Assembly: GCA_947570695.1 (NCBI GenBank)
Contig: CANOVB010000005.1
Coordinates: forward strand, 67,487-131,486
Length of the DNA stretch: 64,000 nucleotides
Direction: 5' to 3'
Source: an uncultured Clostridium sp.
GTDB taxonomy: Bacteria > Bacillota > Clostridia > TANB77 > CAG-508
Position 1 is the stretch's first letter. Each line of letters begins with the position of its first letter. The position numbers and the translations under genes were made by a program. The notes beneath the pieces were generated by a model, which saw only the letters and a list, made by a program, of their open reading frames with translations, was not told the origin of the DNA and did no database searches. Below, in pieces: positions 28,925-38,598 of the stretch.

Positions 28925-28977
28925 TTGACAATTATTTTTTTTATAACTATAATGAATATATGAACAAATATTCATAT
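28925..28977 (+). promoter_or_regulatory. cadC/arsR promoter with overlapping palindromic operator
   Basis: TTGACA, 17 bp, TATAAT. Then ATATGAA-CAAATA-TTCATAT (7-bp inverted repeat), a typical ArsR/SmtB-family operator. Confidence 0.55.
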
Positions 28978-29035
28978 ATTCACATATGATAAATTAATAA
29001 AAATCAATAGTTCAAAAAGAGGGGGAAATTTTGCA

Positions 29036-29395
29036 ATGAATGAAGAATTAATTAATGAAGATATTCAGATAGTCGATGAAAGAAAAGTAAAAAAGGTAAA
29101 AGAAACACTACCATCTGATGAATTAATTTTTGATTTAGCTGAATTATTTAAAGTTTTTGGAGATTCAACAAGAATGAAAATAATATGTGCTTTATTAGAA
29201 GAAGAACTTTGTGTAGGGGATATAGCAAGTATAACAAATTCAACACCATCTGCAATTTCACATCAATTAAGAGTGTTAAAACAGTCAAAGCTTGTTAAAT
29301 ATAGAAAAGAAGGAAAAATAGTTTATTATTCACTTGATGATGATCATGTAAAACAAATCTTTGAGAAAGGTCGTGAACACATTGAAGAAGTATAA
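29036..29395 (+). CDS. cadC: ArsR/SmtB-family metalloregulator (CadC-like)
   Basis: HTH region ELCVGDIASITNSTPSAISHQLRVLK. Genetic context with a P1B-ATPase. Confidence 0.8.
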   Translation: MNEELINEDIQIVDERKVKKVKETLPSDELIFDLAELFKVFGDSTRMKIICALLEEELCVGDIASITNSTPSAISHQLRVLKQSKLVKYRKEGKIVYYSLDDDHVKQIFEKGREHIEEV

Positions 29396-31457
29396 TTTTT
29401 TACTTAAAAATTTAGATTGTGCTAATTGTGCAAATAAAATTCAAAATAAATTAGCAGAAAATAAAGACTACAAAAATGTTAATGTTAATTTTAGTACATT
29501 AAAATTAACATTAGAAAGCGAACTAGAGAATATAAAACAAGATATTGTAAAAATTGTTTCTGAATTAGAACCAGGAGTAGAAGTAATAGATATGCATAAT
29601 CATATTCATGCTAATAAAGAAGATAAAAAAAAGCCAAAAATAAACAAGAATTTTGTAAGATTAATGGTTGGAATAATTTTCATGATATTTGGGCTATTTA
29701 TTAACCTTCCAAGAAATTATAATTTAATATGTACAGTTTTTGCTTATGCAATCTTATTATATAGAACAACAAAAAATGCATTGAAACTATTAAAAAATAA
29801 GGTAATAGATGAAAATTTTTTAGTAACGATTTCTTGTATTGGAGCTTTTTTTATAGGAGAACAAAAAGAAGGACTAATGGTTATAGTTTTATATGAAATA
29901 GGAAAATTATTAGAGGATAAAGCTGTTAATAATACGAGAAAATCAATTACGAATTTAATGGATATAAAGCCAGAGTATGCAAATTTGAAACATGAACATC
30001 ATGAGCATAGGGTAAACCCAGAGGAAGTAAATGTAGGAGACATTATAATTGTAAAACAAGGGGAAAAAGTAGCGTTAGATGGGATAGTAATTTCAGGAGA
30101 AGCTTCATTAAATACAGCATCATTAACAGGAGAAAGTAAACTTTTAAAAGTAAAAGAAAATGATAATATAATTTCAGGTAGTATAAACGAAAAAGGATTA
30201 ATTGAAGTAAAAGTAACAGAAAAATATGAAAATAGTACAGTAAAGAGAATACTAGAATTAGTTGAAAATGCTACTGATAAAAAAGCAAAAACTGAAACTT
30301 TTGTAAATAAAGCTTCAAGAATTTATACTCCAATAGTAGTAGCTTTAGCATTAGCTGTTGCAATATTTTTACCATTAATATTAAATATACAATATTCAGA
30401 AAGTATATACAGAGCTTTAATATTTTTAGTAGTTTCTTGCCCTTGTGCTATTGTTATATCAGTTCCTTTAAGTTATTTTACAGGAATAGGAAAAGCCTCA
30501 AAATCTGGAATATTAATAAAAGGAAGTAATTACTTAGATAGTTTAAAAAATATTGGGGAAATTGTATTTGACAAAACAGGAACTCTTACAAAAGGAGAAT
30601 TTGGAGTAGAAGAAATAAAACCATATTCAAGCAAATATACTGAAAATGAAATATTAGAATATGCAGCATTAGGAGAAAGTCTATCTAATCATCCTATTGC
30701 TATAGCAATATTAAAAGAATATGGAAAAGTTATAGAAAAAGATAAAATAATAAATTTTGAAGAGGTTTCTGGGAAGGGAATAAAATATAAAATTGAAAAT
30801 AAAGAAGTTAAAATAGGAAATTCTGACTTTACGGGAGCTAAAAATGAAGATAAAATTGGAACAGTTATTTATGTAAAAATAGATGATGAAATTGCTGGAG
30901 ATATAGTATTAAATGATATTTTAAAACCAGAGACAAAAGAAGCAATAGGTAAATTAAAATCTTTAGGAATTAAAACAAAAATGTTTACAGGAGACAATAA
31001 AGATATAGCAAAAAAGATTGGGAATGAAATCGAAATAGATGAAATAAGATCAGAAATGCTACCACAAGATAAATATAATGAAGTAGAAAAAATAATAAAT
31101 AAAAAAAGAGAAACAAAAGAAAAAGTAGCATTTGTAGGAGATGGAATTAATGATTCTCCAGTTTTAGCACTATCTGATATAGGAATTTCAATGGGAGGAA
31201 TTGGTGCAAGTTCAGCTATTGAAGCATCAGATGTTGTTATTATGACAGATGATTTAATAAAAATCGAAGAAGCAATCAATATATCTAAAAAAACAAATAA
31301 AATAATAATGCAAAACTTATTGTTTGCTTTATTAATAAAGGTTTTAGTACTAATTTTGAGTATGTTTGGAATAGCACAAATGTGGCAAGCAGTTTTTGCA
31401 GATGTTGGAGTAACACTAATTACAATATTAAATACAATGAGAATATTAAAAAATTAA
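29361..31457 (+). CDS. cadA: heavy-metal (Cd/Zn-type) translocating P1B-type ATPase
   Basis: N-terminal CANCANK metal-binding motif, CPC in TM6 (SCPCAIV), DKTGTLT phosphorylation site, GDGINDSP. The start overlaps the cadC end; exact start (TTG/GTG) is uncertain. Confidence 0.85.
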   Translation: MRKVVNTLKKYNFLLKNLDCANCANKIQNKLAENKDYKNVNVNFSTLKLTLESELENIKQDIVKIVSELEPGVEVIDMHNHIHANKEDKKKPKINKNFVRLMVGIIFMIFGLFINLPRNYNLICTVFAYAILLYRTTKNALKLLKNKVIDENFLVTISCIGAFFIGEQKEGLMVIVLYEIGKLLEDKAVNNTRKSITNLMDIKPEYANLKHEHHEHRVNPEEVNVGDIIIVKQGEKVALDGIVISGEASLNTASLTGESKLLKVKENDNIISGSINEKGLIEVKVTEKYENSTVKRILELVENATDKKAKTETFVNKASRIYTPIVVALALAVAIFLPLILNIQYSESIYRALIFLVVSCPCAIVISVPLSYFTGIGKASKSGILIKGSNYLDSLKNIGEIVFDKTGTLTKGEFGVEEIKPYSSKYTENEILEYAALGESLSNHPIAIAILKEYGKVIEKDKIINFEEVSGKGIKYKIENKEVKIGNSDFTGAKNEDKIGTVIYVKIDDEIAGDIVLNDILKPETKEAIGKLKSLGIKTKMFTGDNKDIAKKIGNEIEIDEIRSEMLPQDKYNEVEKIINKKRETKEKVAFVGDGINDSPVLALSDIGISMGGIGASSAIEASDVVIMTDDLIKIEEAINISKKTNKIIMQNLLFALLIKVLVLILSMFGIAQMWQAVFADVGVTLITILNTMRILKN

Positions 31458-31473
31458 ATATAAAAAATCAAGG

Positions 31474-31517
31474 GGACCCGTTTTGTGATTAGCTCACAAA
31501 CGGGTCCCTCTTTTTGG
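31474..31517. terminator. bidirectional GC-rich hairpin terminator (serves cadA on + and the GC-rich gene on -)
   Basis: GGGACCCGTTTTGTGA-TTAGC-TCACAAACGGGTCCC flanked by A-run and T-run. Confidence 0.7.
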
Positions 31518-31527
31518 AAAAGTTTGC

Positions 31528-32037
31528 TTACAGCAGACTGAGAAACTCAGGGGGACAAAACAGAGGTCTGTAGTCCGTGAAGTCCTTAATCAGCTGTTTC
31601 AGGTTTTCTTGACTGATATTATCAGCCACATAGGCAACCAAAGGCTTGAGTAGATGCTTGCCGGGGGCGTTCTGAACAAGAGCGATTCCGTAAACATCTT
31701 TTTTTACAGTCAGAATCACATCTTTGGAGGTCTTTTCCTTGTAATCACGGATTGCTTTCCAAAACTCATCAAAAGAGGTAACATTGGAAGCTTTGGTGCT
31801 GAAGGAAAGAGACCAAGCGATTTTCTGACCGCGGCTTTTCGGCATTTCAGCCCTGATGACAGAGGGAGCTTTGTTCATTCCGTTGTGCGAAATGTAGAAA
31901 CATTCCCCAATGCTTGCTTGGCAGTTAGTGGATGGGTATCCACATAAAGATGTCCGCAACTCATGACCATCAAATGAAGCTCTAACAGATTCAGAGATTG
32001 TGATGGACATAGGAGATTTCCACAAAAAAACCTGCAT
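31528..32037 (-). CDS. hypothetical cytoplasmic protein (169 aa), foreign GC-rich composition
   Basis: RBS GGAAAGG 5 nt before the first ATG. About 48% GC. No recognisable homology. Confidence 0.6.
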   Translation of the reverse strand: MQVFLWKSPMSITISESVRASFDGHELRTSLCGYPSTNCQASIGECFYISHNGMNKAPSVIRAEMPKSRGQKIAWSLSFSTKASNVTSFDEFWKAIRDYKEKTSKDVILTVKKDVYGIALVQNAPGKHLLKPLVAYVADNISQENLKQLIKDFTDYRPLFCPPEFLSLL

Positions 32038-32336
32038 TCTTACCTTTCCCTACGGTAGCAAAAGGCTACTTTCGTTCCCAAAATTTGGTATAGTAGTATG
32101 TTTTGGGCTAACATTTTGTTGAATTTTTGCCTGAATTGACTTTAAAACATAGGCAGATATATAGTTTCAACATTCCTATTATAACATAGATTAACATAAA
32201 TTTCAATTTTAATATTTAATAGTTTTATACTTTACTATAAAATTGCATATTATATATGTTATAATAAATATAATGTCCCAGAGAGGAACGTATTGCATGC
32301 CTGTAATTAGGCATATGACAACAGGAGGAGATCGCA

Positions 32337-32747
32337 ATGAAAAGACGGAGAAAAAAGCCTAGTCCTATGAGTAAAATTTTGGTATTCGTGGCAGGGGTAC
32401 TTTTGGGAGTATCAGCTACACTGAGCTATTTTACATTTTCTGAGTACCAAAATAGTCCCCCTAAACCCGCCAACCCAAGAATGAACATAGTTGCACACGG
32501 CTCATGGATTCATTCTAATGATGGTGGCAGTTATACTATTTCAGCTTTAGGTTATGGAAAACTGTACTCTAATGTCGCGTTCAGTAATGAGGTTTCAGCA
32601 ACTGAGCACCCTGTCGAGGTTCGTAGTGAGGGATATACGATACAAATCGACATTGTAGGATGGTATAAAAAAACAGTAACTATGACTGCTGGAGAGTCAC
32701 TGCTAATAGGTGTACCTGAGGCTTATCTTTATGTAATTGTTGTCTAA
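32337..32747 (+). CDS. hypothetical membrane-anchored/secreted protein (136 aa), foreign GC-rich composition
   Basis: RBS AGGAGG. N-terminus MKRRRKKPSPMSKILVFVAGVLLGVSATLSYF is a signal anchor. About 45% GC. Divergent from the 31528-32037 gene across a 300-bp shared promoter region. Confidence 0.6.
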   Translation: MKRRRKKPSPMSKILVFVAGVLLGVSATLSYFTFSEYQNSPPKPANPRMNIVAHGSWIHSNDGGSYTISALGYGKLYSNVAFSNEVSATEHPVEVRSEGYTIQIDIVGWYKKTVTMTAGESLLIGVPEAYLYVIVV

Positions 32748-32753
32748 GGCAAA

Positions 32754-32806
32754 AGAGCCGGAGTGAATGAGAATTCAAATTCACTCCGGCTCTAGACGCT
32801 TTATTA
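32754..32806 (+). terminator. GC-rich hairpin terminator of the cassette
   Basis: AGAGCCGGAGTGAAT...ATTCACTCCGGCTCT 15-bp perfect stem, followed by a T-rich run. Confidence 0.6.
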
Positions 32807-32983
32807 TCAAGAGCGACTGATATATTATTATAAAAAATTGTAATTAGTTAGATACCAGAATTTCTAAAAAGATTGATTTTTAACCAAAAGAAGAGTATAA
32901 TGTATAAGTATTTTATATAAGTATAAATAAAATTACATAAACTTGATTTATATAATTTTTTAGCTAAAGATGGAGGAAGTATT

Positions 32984-33979
32984 ATGAAAAAAACAATATT
33001 AAGTGGAATTCAAGCCACAGGCAGTTTAACTTTAGGAAATTATTTAGGAGCATTAAATAATTGGGTAGAAATGCAAGATGAATATGATTGTTATTATATG
33101 ATTGCAGATTTACATACTTTAACAATTAGAAATGATCCAGAAAAATTAAGAGAAAATACTTTAAATTTAATTGCATTATACATTGCAGCAGGATTAGATC
33201 CAGATAAAAATACTATATTTATTCAATCACATATTCCTGCACATACACAACTATCTTGGGTTCTAAATTGTTATACTTATATGGGTGAACTAAATAGAAT
33301 GACACAATTTAAAGATAAGAGTGCAAAACATGCAGATAATATAAATAGCGGATTATATACATATCCAGTATTAATGGCTGCTGATATATTAATATATAAT
33401 GCTGATTTAGTACCAGTTGGAGAGGATCAAAAACAACATTTAGAAATAGCAAGAGATATAGCAGATAGATTTAATTCTTTATATGGAGAAACTTTTAAAA
33501 TGCCAGAGCCTTATATAGGAAAAGTAGGTGCAAGAATAATGGGATTACAAAATCCAACAGCCAAAATGAGCAAAAGTGCGGTAGACCCAATGGATAAAAT
33601 TCTTTTAACAGATGAACCAGATGAAATTAGAAAAAAATTTAAAAAAGCAGTTACAGATTCTGAAAATTGTGTAAGATATAATAGAGAAACAAAACCAGGT
33701 GTAAGTAATTTAATGGCTATCTATGGAATAATAAAAAATAAAACAATGGAGGATATTGAAAAAGAATTTGAAGGTCAAGGCTATGGAGTATTTAAAACAG
33801 CTGTAGCAGAAGCTGTAGTTGAAAGATTAGAACCACTACAAAAAAGATATAATGAGTTATTAGAAAACAAAGAGGAATTAATGGCAATTTGTGAAAAAGG
33901 TGCTAAAAAAGCAACTGAAAAAGCAAATAAATTAGTTAAAGATGTTTATAAGAAAGTAGGATTAGTGGTTAATGAATAA
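32984..33979 (+). CDS. trpS: tryptophanyl-tRNA synthetase
   Basis: SGIQATGSLTLGNYLGA (HIGH-equivalent) and KMSKS with full-length TrpS similarity. No T-box leader upstream. Confidence 0.9.
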   Translation: MKKTILSGIQATGSLTLGNYLGALNNWVEMQDEYDCYYMIADLHTLTIRNDPEKLRENTLNLIALYIAAGLDPDKNTIFIQSHIPAHTQLSWVLNCYTYMGELNRMTQFKDKSAKHADNINSGLYTYPVLMAADILIYNADLVPVGEDQKQHLEIARDIADRFNSLYGETFKMPEPYIGKVGARIMGLQNPTAKMSKSAVDPMDKILLTDEPDEIRKKFKKAVTDSENCVRYNRETKPGVSNLMAIYGIIKNKTMEDIEKEFEGQGYGVFKTAVAEAVVERLEPLQKRYNELLENKEELMAICEKGAKKATEKANKLVKDVYKKVGLVVNE

Positions 33980-34325
33980 TTATGTAAAAGAATTTTCAAA
34001 TGAACCAAGCTTTACAAGAGATGGATTTGATGGATATATATTAGATATAAAAAATGAAAATATTGTTATAACTTATGAAAAAGTTTATAAAGGGCATGAT
34101 AAATATTGTACAAATACAAAAATTACACACATATATTATGTTTTATCAGGAAATGGAAAATTTAAAATAAAAAATGATATATATGAAGTAAAAAAAGGAA
34201 ATATTATTGAAATCCCACCTAATACAAAATTTATATTTGCAGGTGAAATGGAATTGTTATTAATAATGAATCCTAAATTTAAAGCTGAATATGAAATTGT
34301 AGGAGAGGGTAACGATTTGTATTAA
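33972..34325 (+). CDS. hypothetical small protein (possible cupin-like)
   Basis: ORF overlapping the trpS stop by 8 nt. No strong motif. Confidence 0.35.
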   Translation: MNNYVKEFSNEPSFTRDGFDGYILDIKNENIVITYEKVYKGHDKYCTNTKITHIYYVLSGNGKFKIKNDIYEVKKGNIIEIPPNTKFIFAGEMELLLIMNPKFKAEYEIVGEGNDLY

Positions 34326-34367
34326 GGTTTATAGGTACCTATTTAAAAATCTAAATATATTAATTAA

Positions 34368-35654
<1,287 letters not shown>

Positions 35655-35716
35655 AAATTAAAAAAATGGTTTCATAATTTATTTAAAATTCATATTATAC
35701 TTCTAGGAGGTGTAGT

Positions 35717-36238
35717 ATGAATTTTGAAGTTTTATACAATAATTTTGATGAAATAGATAATGAACCATATCCTAAAATTCGTGATATAAAACCAGATTAT
35801 AGATTTGGAAAAATGCTATATAATTCATATGCTGGTTCTTATGGAGAACTAACAGCAATAACACAATATGTTTATGAGGATATGACAAATGAAGAAACAA
35901 AAGAATTAAGAAATGTTTTGATGAGAGTATCAATAGATGAAATGCATCATTTAAAAATATTAGGAGAGTTATTAAGTGCACTTGGATTTATACCATATTA
36001 TATGGGAAGTAGAAATAATAAATGGTGCTCAGATAGAGTAAAATATAGATTTAATTCAGTAGAAGAAATGATGAAATATAATATACAGCTTGAAAAGATG
36101 GCAATAAAAGAATATGAGAGATTAATAGAAAATACAGAAGATACATGTATAAAAGAAATACTATCAAGAATTATTAAAGATGAAGAAAATCACATAAGGA
36201 TATTTAAAGTAGTAGGAGGAATAAAAGACAACTGCTAG
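35717..36238 (+). CDS. CotJC-like spore coat protein (manganese-catalase/ferritin-like family)
   Basis: YGELTAITQYVYEDM...VSIDEMHHLKILGELL matches the CotJC di-metal motif region. RBS AGGAGGTG. Confidence 0.6.
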   Translation: MNFEVLYNNFDEIDNEPYPKIRDIKPDYRFGKMLYNSYAGSYGELTAITQYVYEDMTNEETKELRNVLMRVSIDEMHHLKILGELLSALGFIPYYMGSRNNKWCSDRVKYRFNSVEEMMKYNIQLEKMAIKEYERLIENTEDTCIKEILSRIIKDEENHIRIFKVVGGIKDNC

Positions 36239-36359
36239 GGAGTATGTAAAATATAGAAAAACTATAATAATAAAATTATATTAAAATTTTGCGTTTAAAC
36301 ACATAATAAATAAAAAAATAATAAACGCTTGCAAAAATAAGAAGCATTTATTATAATAA

Positions 36360-36500
36360 AAATGTATTAATAAAAAGAAAAGGAAAAATAAAAATGCATA
36401 AACTTAAAACCATTGCAAGAGTACACACACACACACACACACACACACAAGTAGAATTTTAAAAGAAGAAAAAAGAGTAGATAACATCTACTCTAAAAGC
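36360..36500 (+). repeat. leader-like module copy 1: micro-ORF with an (AC)13 microsatellite plus a 9-bp-stem hairpin
   Basis: ATG CAT AAA CTT AAA ACC ATT GCA AGA GTA (CAC ACA)n CAA GTA GAA TTT TAA encodes MHKLKTIARV(HT)n.. . AGAGTAGAT-AAC-ATCTACTCT hairpin. A second copy is at 36770-36900. Confidence 0.6.
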
Positions 36501-36630
36501 AATGTAAAAAATAGGTCTTTCCTAAGCAAATATAGAAATATGTTTGTTTAGAAGTGACCTATTTTTTATTTTGAATTTAATTATAAAAAATTAAAGAGTA
36601 GGAAAATAAAAAAGAAAGGAGATAAAATAT

Positions 36631-36735
36631 ATGGAAAATAGCAAAATGCATTATCAAACGCCAGAATTTACATATGGAGTGATGGTGGATATTTATAAAG
36701 AAATAGGAAAAGATAGCCCTTCTATCATAGAATAA
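36631..36735 (+). CDS. small peptide (34 aa), paralogue of the 37024-37128 peptide
   Basis: Strong RBS AAAGGAGATAAAATAT-ATG. MENSKMHYQTPEFTYGVMVDIYKEIGKDSPSIIE shares the Y-x-TPE-[FL]-x-x-G motif with its paralogue. Preceded by a terminator-like hairpin. Confidence 0.4.
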   Translation: MENSKMHYQTPEFTYGVMVDIYKEIGKDSPSIIE

Positions 36736-36769
36736 ATATTGAAAAAACGAAATAAAGTATAAAAGTATA

Positions 36770-36900
36770 ATAACAAAAGAAAAGGAAAAATGAAACATGC
36801 ATAAACTTAAAAACGTTGCAAGAGTACATACACACACAAGTAGAAATTTAAAAGAAGAAAAAGAGTAGATAATATCTACTCTAGAGCTGTTGTAAATCAA
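36770..36900 (+). repeat. leader-like module copy 2 with a shorter (AC) tract
   Basis: AAAAGGAAAAATGAAACATGCATAAACTTAAAAACGTTGCAAGAGTACATACACACACAAGTAG...AGAGTAGATAATATCTACTCT is about 85% identical to copy 1. The AC tract is ~5 units versus 13. Confidence 0.6.
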
Positions 36901-37023
36901 ATAATATTAAGAATAAAGTCTTTAATTAGAAAAAGGTTTTCTAATTGGAGGCTTTTTTTTGCGTGAAAATATATTATTTTGCAATTTAAAAAAGCTTATT
37001 AAATAAAAAGGAGATTATTGATA

Positions 37024-37128
37024 ATGAATGATAAATTTAAAATAGAATATAAAACTCCAGAATTAAAATTGGGAGAAATAACGGATTTATTTATTGCAAC
37101 AGCATGGAAAAGTGAAGATTATATGTAA
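37024..37128 (+). CDS. small peptide (34 aa), paralogue of the 36631-36735 peptide
   Basis: Strong RBS AAAGGAGATTATTGATA-ATG. MNDKFKIEYKTPELKLGEITDLFIATAWKSEDYM. Preceded by a hairpin plus T-run. Confidence 0.4.
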   Translation: MNDKFKIEYKTPELKLGEITDLFIATAWKSEDYM

Positions 37129-37239
37129 AAAAGAGAGATAGAAAATAATCTATTATAAGTATTTACATTTTTTAATTTTATGATATAATATGTAACATAG
37201 TAAAAAAGGCGTTTGATTAAGAATTAAGTAGTAAATAAA

Positions 37240-37442
37240 CTTTTTAAAAGAGAGCTTATGGTTGGTGAGAATAAGTAAAAGAATTTACGAAATCTACTCT
37301 TAAGAGTTTCTAGAAAACTAGACCGAGTTATTGCAGGTTATAGCAATTTGAAAGATGGATTAGATTAATCTAAAAAAGGTGGTACCGCGATATATTCGCC
37401 CTTATGTATTTTTTACATGGGGGCGTTTTTGTTTAAAATATT
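37240..37442 (+). promoter_or_regulatory. T-box riboswitch leader, probable Ser (UCU) specifier
   Basis: Conserved T-box core AAAAGGTGGTACCGCG at 37375-37390. It is followed by the terminator GCCCTTATGTA-TTTTT-TACATGGGGGC plus a T-run. A stem I candidate has AAAUCUAC in the specifier-loop position. Confidence 0.75.
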
Positions 37443-37483
37443 ATATTTTACGAAAGATAAATAGAAAAATTAGGAGGTAAATT

Positions 37484-38284
37484 ATGATATTTAATGGAAA
37501 TGATATTAAAAAATTAATTGATGAAGAAAAGATAATTGATAATTGTGATAAGGAATATATTGCTTCAGGTTCGTGTGATATATCAATGAGCAAGGAAATC
37601 TTAAAAATAAAGAAGACTTTTAAACCAATAGATTTATCAAGTCCTGAAAATATAGAAAATATGTATGAAAAAATAGAAATTAAAGAAAGCTACAATTTTA
37701 AACCTAATGAAGTTATTTTTGTAAAATTAAACGAAAAAATAAATTTACCATCAAATATTGTAGCACATATAAGACCTAGAACTTCATTAAGTAGATTAGG
37801 TATAATAATAAATTTTCAACATATTAATGCAGGATATAGTGGTACTTTAAATATAGCAATGTATAATCTATCTCCTAATACTTATAAAATACAGCCAGGA
37901 ATGAGAATAGGGCAGATTGTATTTGAGGAGTTAACAGATGGAATTACTGATGATTTAATATATGGAAACGAAAAGAATCCAAGCTACCAAAACGAAGATG
38001 GGTTAACTGGCTCAAAGATATATGGTGATTTTGTAGGAAAAGTATTTAGACATTTTAAGGGAAACTATTATTTTATAGAAGATGTTAGCACAGATTCTGA
38101 AACTAAAGAAGATATAATAGTTTATAGACCCTTGTATGAGAGACAAGATTCTATGCTTTGGACAAGACCAGCAAAAATGTTTTTTGAGGAAATTGATGAA
38201 AATAGAAAAGATAATGTAACTGGTCAAAAACACAGGTTTGAACTGGTTGAAGATTTAAGTAAAGATTATATAAGTGAAAAATAA
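37484..38284 (+). CDS. dCTP deaminase-like (dUTPase-fold) domain fused to a C-terminal DUF1653-like domain
   Basis: N-terminal ~150 aa show RPRTSLSRLGII...GYSG...RIGQIVFEEL, the Dcd signature. The C-terminus repeats the YRHFKGNYY...VYRPLYE...WTRP...MFFEE...RFELV pattern of the next gene. Confidence 0.65.
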   Translation: MIFNGNDIKKLIDEEKIIDNCDKEYIASGSCDISMSKEILKIKKTFKPIDLSSPENIENMYEKIEIKESYNFKPNEVIFVKLNEKINLPSNIVAHIRPRTSLSRLGIIINFQHINAGYSGTLNIAMYNLSPNTYKIQPGMRIGQIVFEELTDGITDDLIYGNEKNPSYQNEDGLTGSKIYGDFVGKVFRHFKGNYYFIEDVSTDSETKEDIIVYRPLYERQDSMLWTRPAKMFFEEIDENRKDNVTGQKHRFELVEDLSKDYISEK

Positions 38285-38296
38285 GGAGGAAGCATT

Positions 38297-38530
38297 ATGG
38301 AAAAAGTAGAAGTAGGAAGAAAATATAGACATTTTAAAGGAATTGAAATTGAAGTTTTAGGTATTGCAAAGCACTCCGAGACCTTAGAAAATTTAGTAAT
38401 TTATACTCATTTAGGAACAGGTGATATGTGGGCAAGACCAGAAGAAATGTTTTTATCAGATGAAGATGTAACTAAAAAAGCAGGAAATACAACAGGACAA
38501 AAATATAGATTTGAACTTATAGATGAATAA
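38297..38530 (+). CDS. DUF1653-like small protein
   Basis: YRHFKGIEIEVLGIAKHSETLENLVIYTHLGTGDMWARPEEMFL...QKYRFELIDE. RBS AAGGAGGAAG. Confidence 0.6.
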   Translation: MEKVEVGRKYRHFKGIEIEVLGIAKHSETLENLVIYTHLGTGDMWARPEEMFLSDEDVTKKAGNTTGQKYRFELIDE

Positions 38531-38598
38531 AATTAATATACATAAAATAGTAAATTTTACTAAAAGAAAATTACATATATTAAAATTGGAGGATAAAA

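Noticed and set aside
14700-32810. Explaining the three GC-rich segments as chimeric mis-assembly or contamination
   Set aside because: Not fully rejected. Each segment begins and ends exactly in an intergenic region, carries its own promoter, RBS and terminator, and leaves flanking host genes intact, which is not what random chimeric joins look like. Read-level validation is still needed.
36421-36448. (AC)13 tract as a CRISPR or other spacer-repeat array
   Set aside because: Simple dinucleotide microsatellite, with no repeat-spacer architecture and no cas genes anywhere in the window.
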